Below are positions 31,098 to 41,219 of a stretch of 64,000 nucleotides of DNA, piece by piece. The number at the start of each line of letters is the position of its first letter. The first letter of the stretch is position 1. The notes below the pieces were generated by a model that was not told where the DNA came from, did not search any database, and saw only the letters and a list, made by a program, of their open reading frames with translations. Location: positions 26,651 to 90,650 of the forward strand of contig PEAN01000005.1 of NCBI GenBank assembly GCA_002753735.1, in the 5' to 3' direction. Source of the stretch: Magnetococcales bacterium DCbin4 (GTDB taxonomy: Bacteria > Pseudomonadota > Magnetococcia > Magnetococcales > UBA8363). The position numbers were made by a program, and so were the translations under genes.

Positions 31098-32327
31098 ATG
31101 GAGACAATGAATCGGGCTGTGGGACTCATGTCTGGAACCTCGGCGGATGGGATCGATGCCGTATTGTTGGAAACCGATGGCATGACGACGCCCCATGTAT
31201 GTGCCAGATTGGCCGTACCCTACCCTGAACCGTTGCGCCAACGAATCCTGGAACTGTATGAACCGGGAAATAACGAGCTGGATCGATTGGGAACACTGGA
31301 TCGTGATGTGGGTGAATTGTTTGCGATGGCAGCCCTCGACGTATGCCGCATCGGCGGCGTCGCTCCAAGTGCCGTCGATGTCATCGGCAGCCACGGTCAA
31401 ACCGTCCGCCATCGCCCCCCGTTTTTTTCCCTGCAAATTGCCAACCCCTTCATGATCGCCCATCGGAGCGGCATCGTGACCATCGCCGATTTCCGGATGG
31501 CCGACATGGTACGCGGCGGTGAAGGGGCACCCCTGGTACCTTTGTATCATCAAATTCTGTTCGGCAATGCCAGACAGACCACGGCGGTCGTCAATCTGGG
31601 AGGGATTGCCAACGTCACCGCCTTGCCCCTTGACGGTCCCATCGTTGCAGGAGATACCGGACCCGCCAATACCTTGATGGATCATTGGGCCGAACAGGTG
31701 AGCCATGGCCGCGAACATTGTGATCGCGACGGTGCCCGGGCGGCCCGGGGAGCGGTCAATACCGATGCATTGCACTGGTTGTTGCGCCACCCCTACTTTG
31801 ATCGCCCATTCCCCAAATCGACCGGCAGAGAAATCTTTGGGACCACTTTTCTGGATGAATTCGTGACCCGGTTTCCCCACATGACCACGGATGACCGCTT
31901 TCGTACCCTGACCCAACTGACGGTGGAAACCGTGGCGAGGGCATGTGAACGTTTGCTACCCCCGCATCCCGACCGGATGGTGTTGTGTGGCGGGGGTGCG
32001 GAGAACCCGGTGTTGGTCGCCGGATTGCGGGAACGACTGGTCAGAACAGAGGTGATGTCCAGCAGCAGCCTGGGGGTCGATACCGCGTTTCTCGAAGCGG
32101 AAGCCTTTGCCTGGTTCGCGGTACGTACCTTGAAAGGACTCCCGTCCAACCTGCCAGAGGCAACCGGGGCACACACACCTGCCATCCTGGGTTCCATTCA
32201 TCTCCCCGGTCCCGGCTACCAGTTATTGAAAGAAAAAAGGGGTCTGGGGGATTGCCCCCAGGATTTTGATTGTAAAAACAAAGTCAACACCCTGGGGGCA
32301 ATCCCCCAGACCCCTTTTTTTTCTTAA
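31098..32327 (+). CDS. anmK: anhydro-N-acetylmuramic acid kinase; the last ~34 codons and the stop are supplied by a repeat element
   Basis: [21 protein letters not shown]-terminus and [17 protein letters not shown] motifs. From about 32225 the ORF reads through the palindromic element ([33 protein letters not shown]). Confidence 0.9.
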   Translation: METMNRAVGLMSGTSADGIDAVLLETDGMTTPHVCARLAVPYPEPLRQRILELYEPGNNELDRLGTLDRDVGELFAMAALDVCRIGGVAPSAVDVIGSHGQTVRHRPPFFSLQIANPFMIAHRSGIVTIADFRMADMVRGGEGAPLVPLYHQILFGNARQTTAVVNLGGIANVTALPLDGPIVAGDTGPANTLMDHWAEQVSHGREHCDRDGARAARGAVNTDALHWLLRHPYFDRPFPKSTGREIFGTTFLDEFVTRFPHMTTDDRFRTLTQLTVETVARACERLLPPHPDRMVLCGGGAENPVLVAGLRERLVRTEVMSSSSLGVDTAFLEAEAFAWFAVRTLKGLPSNLPEATGAHTPAILGSIHLPGPGYQLLKEKRGLGDCPQDFDCKNKVNTLGAIPQTPFFS

Positions 32328-32330
32328 CCA
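32225..32330. repeat. palindromic intergenic element, two inverted arms with about 15-nt spacer
   Basis: attgaaagaaaaaaggggtctgggggattgcccccaggattttgatt...aaagtcaacaccctgggggcaatcccccagaccccttttttttcttaacca. The arms are reverse complements of each other. Confidence 0.75.
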
Positions 32331-32360
32331 TTTTTCTGAATGCCAACACACCTTGACGGA

Positions 32361-33035
32361 TCAAACACGGGCAGCCCAACCCGCTTCACCATTTTTTTTC
32401 AGTTGCGCAATGACCTTCGCATAGTCCGGCTGGGAAAAAACCGCCGAACCCGCCACAAAGAAATCGGCCCCCGCCCGGGCTGCCGTAAAAATATTATCGG
32501 GTTTGATGCCGCCATCGACCTGTAATTCCACCTTCAATCCACGCGCATCGATCATACGCCGCACCGCCTTGATTTTTTCCAGGGCGCGCGGAATGAAGGA
32601 TTGGCCACCAAAACCGGGATTGACACTCATGACCAGGACGAGATCGGTCAGATGCAGCAAATCTTCGAGGACCGTCACCGGAGTCCCCGGATTGATGGCC
32701 AAACCCGCCTTGGCCCCCAGTTCATGAATCAGATTGAGCGCCCGGTCGGCATGATGGGTCGCCTCGGCATGAATGGTCAGAATGGAAGCACCCGCCTTGA
32801 CATAATCGGCGATGTACGGATCAATCGGTGCCGCCATGACATGCACATCCAAAGGACGGGTCGCCACTTTGGCCAGACTGGCGATCACCGGCGGCCCCAA
32901 CGTCAGATTGGGGACGAAATGGCCATCCATGACATCGACATGGATGGCATCGGCACCCGCTTGTTCCACAGCCTTGATCTCTTCACCCAGGCGGGCGAAA
33001 TCAGCGGATAGAATGGAAGGGGATATTTTGATCAT
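32361..33035 (-). CDS. rpe: ribulose-phosphate 3-epimerase
   Basis: From [20 protein letters not shown]: [24 protein letters not shown], and VDGGI motifs. ATG 33035 overlaps the htpX stop (ATGA); the longer ORF-track start overlaps htpX. Confidence 0.93.
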   Translation of the reverse strand: MIKISPSILSADFARLGEEIKAVEQAGADAIHVDVMDGHFVPNLTLGPPVIASLAKVATRPLDVHVMAAPIDPYIADYVKAGASILTIHAEATHHADRALNLIHELGAKAGLAINPGTPVTVLEDLLHLTDLVLVMSVNPGFGGQSFIPRALEKIKAVRRMIDARGLKVELQVDGGIKPDNIFTAARAGADFFVAGSAVFSQPDYAKVIAQLKKNGEAGWAARV

Positions 33036-33898
33036 GCGCCTCGGGCCATTTGTTGTAAACGGTGGATCCGTTCCTCCATTGGAGGATGTGTGGAGAACAA
33101 TCCCGCCAAGGCACCCCCCGATAAAGGATTGACGATAAACAAATGCGACGATGCGGGATTGGCCTGGGCCGACCCCATCAACAAGCGTCGGCTGCCAGCG
33201 TCCAGTTTGTCCAAGGCAGAGGCAAGCCACAAGGGATTACCGCAAATTTCCGCCCCCCGGGCATCCGCACCGTATTCCCTTGAACGGGATACCGCCATTT
33301 GAATCAACATGGCGGCAACCGGTGCCAATAACATCATCAGGATACCCCCCAAACCCCCGCCACCGCCCCCCTCCTCCTCATTGGAACGCCCCATCCCGAA
33401 CAAGGCCCCCCACTGTGCCATGTTGGCCAGGGTGGTGATCGCCCCGGCGAAGGTAGCGGTAATGGTACTGATCAAAATATCGCGGTTTTGCACATGCGCC
33501 AGTTCATGCGCCATCACGCCGGCGAGTTCCTCCCGGTTGAGAATCCGCAATAAACCAGTCGTCGCCGCCACCGCCGCATGTTCGGGATCCCGACCCGTGG
33601 CAAAAGCATTGGGGGAGGGATCGTCCATGATGTAGACCCGGGGCATGGGTAATTGTGCCCGACGGACCAATTCATTGACGACGGCATGATATTCCGGGGC
33701 TTCCCGCGGACCCACTTCGTAGGCATGATGCATCCGCAAAACCATCTTGTCGGAATTCCAGTAGGCCCAAAAATTGAGCGCCACCGCCATGATCAACGCC
33801 AACACCATGCCATTGTGGCCACCCAGCACCTGGCCAACGACAATGAACAAAGCGGTCATCCCGGCCAGGAGCACAAACGTTCGCAAGTCGGTCATCAT
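33032..33898 (-). CDS. htpX: M48-family zinc metalloprotease HtpX
   Basis: Four hydrophobic segments, HELAHV zinc motif, and downstream EYGADA. Confidence 0.93.
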   Translation of the reverse strand: MMTDLRTFVLLAGMTALFIVVGQVLGGHNGMVLALIMAVALNFWAYWNSDKMVLRMHHAYEVGPREAPEYHAVVNELVRRAQLPMPRVYIMDDPSPNAFATGRDPEHAAVAATTGLLRILNREELAGVMAHELAHVQNRDILISTITATFAGAITTLANMAQWGALFGMGRSNEEEGGGGGGLGGILMMLLAPVAAMLIQMAVSRSREYGADARGAEICGNPLWLASALDKLDAGSRRLLMGSAQANPASSHLFIVNPLSGGALAGLFSTHPPMEERIHRLQQMARGA

Positions 33899-34252
33899 GA
33901 GGTATCTTCTCCCAGTGTTTCCGTGTTGATCCAGTCAACCAGTTGTTCCACCTGGTCACATGCCTCACCTCAAGCTCAAGGTTCCTGGAGTTTCGTTGTG
34001 AACAAAAATCCAGAATCACTTTATAGGGGCATACTCAATGTGACTCAAGCAGAGTTAGGGACAAACGGACTCCAGGTCAAGAGTGACAAGCATGAAGATT
34101 GTATCTTTTTCGTAAAATGCACGCAAAGATGCAATACCCATGAATCTTTTACACTGAATCGACGTATTCATGCCACGCCGACTGCCATGAACCTGATTTT
34201 GAGTATAATATTTAAACCAGTCATGAACCGTTACCTGCCTGGAGCCTGCAAC

Positions 34253-35110
34253 ATGAACCCTTCGACAACCCACCCTGGTACTTTGTCACTGCTTGCGGCC
34301 ATCATGATGGGCTCATTATTTTTATTTGTATTGTTCCCGGGAACCCCCGTGCAGGCAGCGGAAGACCTTCCCAAGCTTGTTCATGGCGGAAAGCTGTACG
34401 ATAACTGGTTGGCGTTTGTCCCGGCACCACGGCGGCAACAACTGGCCCTGGTACGGCAAACCCATCCTTCCTATCCCAAACATGGACCCAAAAAAGGTTT
34501 GACCACCTGGAGATGCAAGGAATGTCATGGTTGGGATTATCGCGGCAAAAAGATCGGCGATGATCAAGGAAACCATACGGTCACCATCATTGGGATCCAA
34601 CGGCTGATCGGGGCCGATCCTGCTGAGGTGCTTGCCATTTTGCGCAATCCCGTCCACAGCTACGATCAAGCCATGATCACTGATCGGGATGCGGAAGCCC
34701 TGGCCCAGTTCGTCGTTTCCGGCCAACATGATTTCAGCGCGTCCATCGACTCCGCCACTGGCAGTGCCCAGGGCGAGGCGAACAAGGGTGCCCCCTTTTT
34801 CCAAACCCTTTGTGCCGTCTGCCACGGATTGGACGGTCGCAAAATAGATTTCGATCCCAAGGAAGAAGTCGAATATCTCGGCCATGTCGCTCGAGAAAAC
34901 CCTTATGAATTTTTACACAAGATCCGCTTCGGCCAACCGGGACAAATCATGATTGCCCTGAGTGCCCTCACCACCCAACAACAACTTGACCTGCTGGCCT
35001 TCGCCCAAACCTTGCCACGCGACCCCAGGGATCCCATCAATGATCATCTTCCGTTTGATCCGGGGCCGAAGGAGATTTTTCCGCTTGAGGAGCAACCCTG
35101 CAACAATTGA
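34253..35110 (+). CDS. diheme c-type cytochrome, secreted
   Basis: Start at ATG 34253 (MNPSTTHPGTLSLLAAIMMGSLFLFVLFPGTPVQA signal). Two CxxCH motifs (CKECH, CAVCH). The 5-prime 600 nt of ORF 33653..35110 is antisense to htpX and was discarded. Confidence 0.8.
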   Translation: MNPSTTHPGTLSLLAAIMMGSLFLFVLFPGTPVQAAEDLPKLVHGGKLYDNWLAFVPAPRRQQLALVRQTHPSYPKHGPKKGLTTWRCKECHGWDYRGKKIGDDQGNHTVTIIGIQRLIGADPAEVLAILRNPVHSYDQAMITDRDAEALAQFVVSGQHDFSASIDSATGSAQGEANKGAPFFQTLCAVCHGLDGRKIDFDPKEEVEYLGHVARENPYEFLHKIRFGQPGQIMIALSALTTQQQLDLLAFAQTLPRDPRDPINDHLPFDPGPKEIFPLEEQPCNN

Positions 35111-35167
35111 CCCCGGTTCCACCTCCCAGCCGATCTCTTTAATCTTTAGGAAAAAGAAGATGATTCC

Positions 35168-37300
35168 ATGATGAAAAAGAAAAAAATCGGTACGAAGTTC
35201 ATGCTCATGGTGGGAATGGCAACCTTGCTGACCCTGTTGGGATTGCTTTATTTCTACATTCGCCATCAAGAAAAAAACATCCTCGAACACAACCGGCGGG
35301 CACAGATGCAAATGATCAACACCGCCATTCAAGGATTGAAGACGGTCATGCTTTCCGGTTCCGCCCGAAATGCGGAAATGTACGCCAATTCTTTGAAAAA
35401 AGTTCCTGAAATCATTGAGTTCCGTATTCTACGCCCCAATGGCACCGAAGCGTTTCATGACAACTTGACCATCGACGCGGTCAACTGGCGCAAGGGCAAG
35501 GAATTGTTTCCCTATAAATCCCAGGAACGGACGGTGGCGATTCTGGAGAGCAACGATCCCGATCTGCTCAAAGTTCGTGCCCGGCGGAAAACCACCGTTT
35601 ATGATCATGTCGATGACCAGGGGCGCCGGTTGTTGACCTTCCTCGCCCCCATTCTGTTTGATCTCCCATGCCAAAACTGCCATGGCAATGAAAAACAGGT
35701 CTTGGGGCTGATCCAGTTGACCACCAGCCTGGATGGGGCATTAAAGTCCATTACCACCACCGGCAAATATGCCGCAGAACTTTCCTTTTTCGCCTTCATC
35801 ATCATGATGGCCCTCATCCATTACGGCATGCGCCAACATTTGGAATTCCCTTTGGAAGATATTTGTCGGACCATGGAACGGGTCCGTGATGGCGATTTAA
35901 ACCAGAGGATTCTGGTACAGGACAGCATGGAATTGGAATCGGTTGGGGCAACCTTCAACCACATGCTTTCCCGGCTGCAGGCAAATTATCTGCTCATGCG
36001 CAAAAATGAAACCCGTCTGTGTACCATCATGGACAATGTCAATGAAGCCATCATCACCACCGACATGAACGGGATCATTCTGACGGCCAACCGGGCGGTG
36101 GGTGACATATTCCACCATGATTCCGAATCGTTGATCGGACAAAACATCGATATTCTCATCCCCGTTGACATCAGGGATCATCATCACAAAAAAATCGCCA
36201 GTTATCTCGCCTTTCATCAAAACCATGTTCAGGGACGCATCGAACAACATTTGCGGGGCGAAGTATTCGTCAATCGCGAAATCCTGGGCGCACGCAAGGA
36301 TGACAGCCTTGTTTCCCTTGAATTGTCCATCACCCATGTGCGCATGGGTGAAGAAGTTCAATTCATCGCCACCGCCCGCGACATCACCCAACGCAAAGAG
36401 GCGGAAGAAAAACTCAAACGCTATTCGGAACAACTTGAAACCATGGTCAACGAACGGACCAAACAACTGGTTCACGCCGAACGCCTGGCCACCCTGGGAA
36501 CCTTTTCCGCCGGCATGGCCCACGAAATCAACAATCCCAATTCATTCATTGCCGGTAATATCTATTTCCTCAAACAATTCTGGCAGGAAACCCAGCCCGT
36601 GCTCGAACACACCCTCGCCCGGGAATCCCATCCCCGCATCACCGCCTTCATGGATGAAGTGGACAAAACCCTCGATGAAATCATGGTCGGTTCACAACGG
36701 ATTTCCAAAATCGTCGACAGCCTGAAAACCTATTCCAAAGGAGGCATGGAAACCGACCGGGTTCAATGCCGTATGTCCGATCCGGTCAAGGATGCGGAAA
36801 TCCTTTTGAGCCATCGATTGAAAAAAGGGTACCGTCTGCAATGCGATATCCCGGATGATCTGGTCATCTATTGTGACCGGCAACAGATGTCACAGGTTTT
36901 CATCAATCTTATCAACAATGCCATCGATGCTTTGGAATCATCCAGGCATGCAGACAAACACATCTGGATTCAGTGTCGGCTCCAGGAACGGCATTATTGG
37001 ATTGCCGTCATGGACAATGGACCCGGCATCCCCCCTTCCCTGATCGACAAAATATTTGATCCATTCTTTACCACCAAAGGCAAAACCAAGGGAACCGGTT
37101 TGGGATTGGCCATTGTCGATGGCATCATCAAAGATCATTTTGGCCAGATCACGGCCCATTCACCCGCGACATCGGCGCCCATGGCCACAGAATTTTTGAT
37201 CATATTACCCACGGCGGAGCTTTATCACGAACATTTGGAAAAGAAAAAATCGACTGCCGGAAACAAGAAGGGGATCCACATGAGGGAAAAACAGATTTGA
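35168..37300 (+). CDS. sensor histidine kinase with heme-c-type (CxxCH, DUF3365/Tll0287-like) extracytoplasmic domain, HAMP and PAS
   Basis: N-terminal TM (FMLMVGMATLLTLLGLLYFYI), CQNCH at 35669..35683 in the periplasmic segment, and a second TM (AAELSFFAFIIMMALIHYGM). Then HAMP, PAS (ITTDMNGIILTANRA), H-box MAHEINNP, and ATPase boxes NLINNAIDA, DNGPGI, GTGLGLAI. Confidence 0.85.
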   Translation: MMKKKKIGTKFMLMVGMATLLTLLGLLYFYIRHQEKNILEHNRRAQMQMINTAIQGLKTVMLSGSARNAEMYANSLKKVPEIIEFRILRPNGTEAFHDNLTIDAVNWRKGKELFPYKSQERTVAILESNDPDLLKVRARRKTTVYDHVDDQGRRLLTFLAPILFDLPCQNCHGNEKQVLGLIQLTTSLDGALKSITTTGKYAAELSFFAFIIMMALIHYGMRQHLEFPLEDICRTMERVRDGDLNQRILVQDSMELESVGATFNHMLSRLQANYLLMRKNETRLCTIMDNVNEAIITTDMNGIILTANRAVGDIFHHDSESLIGQNIDILIPVDIRDHHHKKIASYLAFHQNHVQGRIEQHLRGEVFVNREILGARKDDSLVSLELSITHVRMGEEVQFIATARDITQRKEAEEKLKRYSEQLETMVNERTKQLVHAERLATLGTFSAGMAHEINNPNSFIAGNIYFLKQFWQETQPVLEHTLARESHPRITAFMDEVDKTLDEIMVGSQRISKIVDSLKTYSKGGMETDRVQCRMSDPVKDAEILLSHRLKKGYRLQCDIPDDLVIYCDRQQMSQVFINLINNAIDALESSRHADKHIWIQCRLQERHYWIAVMDNGPGIPPSLIDKIFDPFFTTKGKTKGTGLGLAIVDGIIKDHFGQITAHSPATSAPMATEFLIILPTAELYHEHLEKKKSTAGNKKGIHMREKQI

Positions 37301-37303
37301 ATC

Positions 37304-37350
37304 ATGGTTTCCCTTTCTTCGCGCCCAAGGGCGAAGAAAGGGGAAACCAT
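37304..37350. terminator. long near-perfect inverted repeat between convergent genes (hairpin, no U-run)
   Basis: ATGGTTTCCCTTTCTTCGC (37304..37322) pairs with GCGAAGAAAGGGGAAACCAT (37331..37350), giving 19 bp with one bulged G. It lies between the kinase stop (37300) and the DsrE-like stop (37358). Confidence 0.45.
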
Positions 37351-37357
37351 CCATGAA

Positions 37358-37828
37358 TCAGATGAACAAGGTGATATCCGCATCCTGTGCAATTTCAAAA
37401 AACCGGGCTGCACCTGCGTATTCCAAGCCATCGATCAATTCTTCATGCTTGAAGTCAAACAGATCGACCGTCATTTGACAGGCAATCATTTTGACATCCG
37501 ATTCAAGGGCCATTTCCAGCAGGGTATCGATGGAAGCGACCCCTTTTCCGGCCATTTTTTGTTTCATCATGACGGTTGCCATGGCTTCCATCCCGGGGAG
37601 GATCTGGACCAGCACCGGCATGGGGACGGGCATGGGCATCCCCGGATTGCCAAGGGGAGAAATTTTCAGATCACGCACCTTCTTGACCACTTGAAGACCG
37701 TAGAACGTCCAGAAAATGGTCACTTCATAGTCCAAGGCCGCGGCGGTGGTGGCAAGGATCAGTGGTGGATAGGCAAAATCCAGAGTCCCTTTGGTGGCGA
37801 TGATCGCCAGCTTTTTCTGGTTGGACAT
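37358..37828 (-). CDS. DsrE/DsrF-like sulfur-relay family protein
   Basis: From MSNQKKLAIIATKGTLDFAYPPLILATTAAA...MIACQMTVDLF, resembling the DsrE2/DrsE_2 family. Lies directly downstream of a TusA-like gene. Confidence 0.75.
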   Translation of the reverse strand: MSNQKKLAIIATKGTLDFAYPPLILATTAAALDYEVTIFWTFYGLQVVKKVRDLKISPLGNPGMPMPVPMPVLVQILPGMEAMATVMMKQKMAGKGVASIDTLLEMALESDVKMIACQMTVDLFDFKHEELIDGLEYAGAARFFEIAQDADITLFI

Positions 37829-37842
37829 GGTAAGCCGCTCCC

Positions 37843-38070
37843 TCAACCCTTCTTCTTGATTTCGTAGTAAAAGACGCCGTTGTTCTCGGAGGCTTTGACC
37901 AGTTCATTGCCGGTTTGCACGCAAAAGGATTCAAAATCCTTGGCGGAACCGGGATCCGTCGCTTCAATGGCGAGCACTTGGCCGGTTGACATCCCCTTCA
38001 GCGCCTTTTTGGCACGAAGAATGGGAAGGGGACAATTCAATCCTTTGGCGTCAAGGGTGGAATCAGCCAT
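37843..38070 (-). CDS. TusA/SirA-family sulfurtransferase
   Basis: 75 aa. LDAKGLNCPLPILRAKKAL with the conserved CPxP cysteine motif. Confidence 0.85.
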   Translation of the reverse strand: MADSTLDAKGLNCPLPILRAKKALKGMSTGQVLAIEATDPGSAKDFESFCVQTGNELVKASENNGVFYYEIKKKG

Positions 38071-38388
38071 GTTTTTTGACCTCCAAATCGGTTTTCACGG
38101 GAGTTTGATGGAAAAATTTGTTAGCCTCTCAACCTGTCCAGGTGTTCTGGCGCGTTCTGCCGATTTTGGCCGGAACATGACGATGTTCAACCCGGATTCG
38201 AGGTCAAGTCCAGACCACGGGCAAGAATTCATTGTGCATGTTTTGCCGCCGTCTGCCAAGGATTGTTTTTACGATTGTCCGGCCCATCTGGCAATGCCGC
38301 ACGAAAGGATTTATGCTCCAAGACATGACGTGTACGGTAGTGTATTGATTGCATCAGGCTTTTTCCTCAACCCCGATCCGATTTCACC

Positions 38389-38982
38389 ATGACCGTCATC
38401 CTTCTCTTTCTGTTATTTCTGGCCGTTGTCTTCTGGCTGCTCCTGCGCCTGCGCACCATGCGGGAAAGTCATGTGGGGGAAGAACTCCCTCCGGACAAAA
38501 CCACCATTCTCGTAGGGTTGTTCTATACCTTGAGCCGGGCCTGCATCCAGCATTTCCGGGACAAAAATTACTATCCCCGCACCATCATCGGATCGGATGG
38601 ATCCTTGATGGAGTTGGGATATCTCAAAGGTGATACCCTGGCGGAAATCACCTCTGCGACCAAGCTGTTTTCGATTGCCATTTCCGACCGTGCCGGATTT
38701 GGCGTCTGTCTGGCCCACACCCCTGCCGCCATGGCCAATCAAATCGTTGCAAGAATCCGGGAAAACGACTGGCCAGGGGGATTTGTCGATTACAAGAATG
38801 GCCAGTTCACCCCTTTGGAAACGCCGGTGACCCGAGCCATGGTCAATTTGACGCTGCCACTCCCCGTACAACCGGTCGGAACCAAACCGATCATTCTGGA
38901 AAGTGCTGAACCTGCCAAGAAAATTCCAACCGTCATTCTTGAAGGGGATGAACACAAACACAAAGATGACGAAGGGGAATGA
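38389..38982 (+). CDS. hypothetical membrane-anchored protein
   Basis: 197-aa ORF with an N-terminal TM (MTVILLFLLFLAVVFWLLL). No family recognised. Confidence 0.4.
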   Translation: MTVILLFLLFLAVVFWLLLRLRTMRESHVGEELPPDKTTILVGLFYTLSRACIQHFRDKNYYPRTIIGSDGSLMELGYLKGDTLAEITSATKLFSIAISDRAGFGVCLAHTPAAMANQIVARIRENDWPGGFVDYKNGQFTPLETPVTRAMVNLTLPLPVQPVGTKPIILESAEPAKKIPTVILEGDEHKHKDDEGE

Positions 38983-38984
38983 TC

Positions 38985-39016
38985 AAAAAAAAGGGTTCCC
39001 ATCATGGTGGGAACCC
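38985..39016 (-). terminator. intrinsic terminator for the minus-strand lipoprotein gene
   Basis: Stem GGGTTCCCA (38993..39001) / TGGGAACCC (39008..39016) with a 6-nt loop. The A8 run at 38985..38992 on the plus strand is a U8 tract after the hairpin on the minus-strand transcript. Confidence 0.7.
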
Positions 39017-39087
39017 TTGTTCCATTGCCAGCGATCTCAACTTGATGGATCCCGCAGCACCCTGAAATGCGGAGCGGGATTTGATGT

Positions 39088-39645
39088 TCAGGGGCGAGCT
39101 TCCTCAGCCAGTTTTCGAATCTTTTTGGCGATGTGATCGCCCATGGTGGGATCGGCCGGGGCATCTTCCCACACCCCATTTCTCATGGTCTGCCGAAGTA
39201 CGGCCACTTTGACTTCACCGTAAGGATCCTTGCCCGAGACCCGAATGTTCAAGCGGTAGCGGTCATTATTGTTTTCCGGATCGACCTTCCAATCGGTACT
39301 GACCAACCCCCCTTCACGGCTGGCGACCTGGATGGGAAGACCCAATGCCACATCCAAGGCGCCGGCAAACAGTTTATCAGCCCGGACCTGTTCCTTGCGT
39401 TTGGTCGACCCCCGGCCCAACAGGCCACCTTCCTCGCTGCCAAAGCTGAACAGACTTTCACCTCCCGCCTCATGCGCCGAATTGGCTGCACCACTCTCCT
39501 TGGCATCATCAAGCTCTTTCTTGTGGCCGAATTTGGCCAGGGGATGTTCATCCAGCTTGTTGCGACTGGTCCAAACATCCTTTGAACAGCCCGCCAAACC
39601 CAGTGCGAGCGTGGCAGAAAGAATAATCCGGATCGTTCCTTTCAT
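39088..39645 (-). CDS. lipoprotein (DUF3576-like)
   Basis: Signal plus lipobox MKGTIRIILSATLALGLAGC. C-terminal GGLVSTDWKVDPENNNDRYRLNIRV resembles the DUF3576 lipoprotein family, by recall. Confidence 0.6.
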   Translation of the reverse strand: MKGTIRIILSATLALGLAGCSKDVWTSRNKLDEHPLAKFGHKKELDDAKESGAANSAHEAGGESLFSFGSEEGGLLGRGSTKRKEQVRADKLFAGALDVALGLPIQVASREGGLVSTDWKVDPENNNDRYRLNIRVSGKDPYGEVKVAVLRQTMRNGVWEDAPADPTMGDHIAKKIRKLAEEARP

Positions 39646-39739
39646 GATATTCCCGTCATGTTCAAGGTTGTGGAATTTTTTGATACATTATCAAAAACCC
39701 CAAGGAAGCGCCAATGCCGGCCTTGCTTTTTTCCATGGA

Positions 39740-40690
39740 TCATGGGATTGCGTTCAAAATCGTTTGATGCAACACCGCCCCCTGATCATCGAACATCGTC
39801 ACCGCCAAAGTTGCAGCCGTGGCCGCAATTCGTGCGAATCCAAAACGCTCGGCAATAAATTTCGACCATTCAGATTTTTCTCCCAAAGAATACAAACGTT
39901 GCCCGCCACCACCGGAAACCACCATCAACGGTTCTCCCGGCGGTTGCAACACTTCCAGAAGGTGGTCATGGCCACTCAGATGGAGATCGACCCGTTGCGA
40001 CTGCAACGCCGGCAGCAATCGTTTCAGCAACTTTTTGGAATTCCCATGTTCCCCACTGGAGCGCAGCGGATAATGACTGGCCACCCAGCGCCAAACCGGT
40101 CGAACCCCAGTCCCGGAAAACGCCTGATGGACAAACGCCTCCTGCCGTTTCACCTTTTCCTGGCCATCCAGGATCACCAGGCGCAATAATGGTTGCCCCC
40201 CGGAAGTCCGACCCTGGTCCAGGAAATAATGATGTCCCTCCATGTGCCAGCGTTTGCTGCCCAAACGTTGGCGGGCATAATCAATTTGCGCCTCTCCATT
40301 GGTACGGACATCGTGGTTGCCCAAGGTGGCATAAAAGGGGACCTTTGCCAGCATTGGACCCGCATAGACCGTTTCAAATTTGGTCTGCCACTGCGGATCC
40401 TGAACTGAAGCAACCCCATCGGGATAAAAATTGTCCCCCAGCAGCAATACCCCATCGACCCCCCCATCCCGCGCCGCCACCTGTTCCATCGCCCGGGCAA
40501 CCCGGTGCTGATCCTCATTGCCCGTTCCCTGATCACCCAAGGCAAAAAAAACAATCCGGTCCGTCCGGGACTCCGATTGTGCCATCCCCATCGATGGCCA
40601 CAGCCCCGCCAAAAGAATCAACCAACAGCCAATCCAACCCGGAACGAATCGTTGCATCGTCATCATCATCCCATGTTCAAAACATTTCAT
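39740..40690 (-). CDS. secreted calcineurin-like metallophosphoesterase
   Basis: Motifs FFALGDQGTG, LLLGDNFY, LGNHD and SGHDH in the canonical order. N-terminal hydrophobic signal (WIGCWLILLAGLWPSMGMA). Start among several Met codons. Confidence 0.8.
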   Translation of the reverse strand: MKCFEHGMMMTMQRFVPGWIGCWLILLAGLWPSMGMAQSESRTDRIVFFALGDQGTGNEDQHRVARAMEQVAARDGGVDGVLLLGDNFYPDGVASVQDPQWQTKFETVYAGPMLAKVPFYATLGNHDVRTNGEAQIDYARQRLGSKRWHMEGHHYFLDQGRTSGGQPLLRLVILDGQEKVKRQEAFVHQAFSGTGVRPVWRWVASHYPLRSSGEHGNSKKLLKRLLPALQSQRVDLHLSGHDHLLEVLQPPGEPLMVVSGGGGQRLYSLGEKSEWSKFIAERFGFARIAATAATLAVTMFDDQGAVLHQTILNAIP

Positions 40691-40817
40691 GAATCACACC
40701 CATTATATGATATGATATTTATATTTAGATTTTCATCTTGCGCAGGTGTACATTTCAATGTAATTAGACCCGTAAAATATCATGTACATCTTCCACACAA
40801 ACGGATGGGAAAATACA

Positions 40818-41171
40818 ATGCGCATTCTTAAAAGTTTAACCTTTGCGGCCATTGTCATGGTCGGATCTTTTTCTTTCGCCACCATTTCCATGGCCAATGA
40901 CGGAGAGAAAACCTACTATCGCTTTTTGTGTGACCATTGTCACGGCAAGGATGGCAAAGCACCCAAGGCGGATACCATCCCATCCATTGGTGGCAAGAGC
41001 GCTGAGTTGATCCGCAAGGAAGCAGGGAATATCCTTTCAGGTGAACGTAAAGGACGGGCAACCGTCATGCATGCCAAATATTATTCCGCCCAGGCCACCA
41101 GCGAGGCCTGTGACACCGGTCCCAACGCCGCCGAATTGGAAAGCATCGCCAACTGGTTGGCGCAACGTTAG
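40818..41171 (+). CDS. small monoheme c-type cytochrome
   Basis: From MRILKSLTFAAIVMVGSFSFATISMA (signal). One CDHCH heme motif. Confidence 0.75.
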   Translation: MRILKSLTFAAIVMVGSFSFATISMANDGEKTYYRFLCDHCHGKDGKAPKADTIPSIGGKSAELIRKEAGNILSGERKGRATVMHAKYYSAQATSEACDTGPNAAELESIANWLAQR

Positions 41172-41189
41172 GACTTGGGACGCAAATCC

Positions 41190-41219
41190 CTGGATTCCCG
41201 TCATGACGGGAATCCAGGA
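41190..41219. repeat. perfect 30-bp palindrome just downstream of the cytochrome gene
   Basis: CCTGGATTCCCGTCA|TGACGGGAATCCAGG. The arms are exact reverse complements (checked base by base). No adjoining T-run. Confidence 0.6.

Noticed and set aside
30990-31916. 308-aa minus-strand ORF overlapping anmK, and the tyrS N-terminal extension to 31107.
   Set aside because: The ORF is antisense to AnmK, which has clear motifs. The tyrS extension ([28 protein letters not shown]) has no TyrRS similarity and would overlap the divergent anmK start. ATG 31023 leaves a sensible divergent promoter gap.
33653-34252. 5-prime 600 nt of the 485-aa ORF 33653..35110.
   Set aside because: This part is antisense to htpX and has no cytochrome features. 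A signal peptide begins at the internal ATG 34253, so only 34253..35110 is called.
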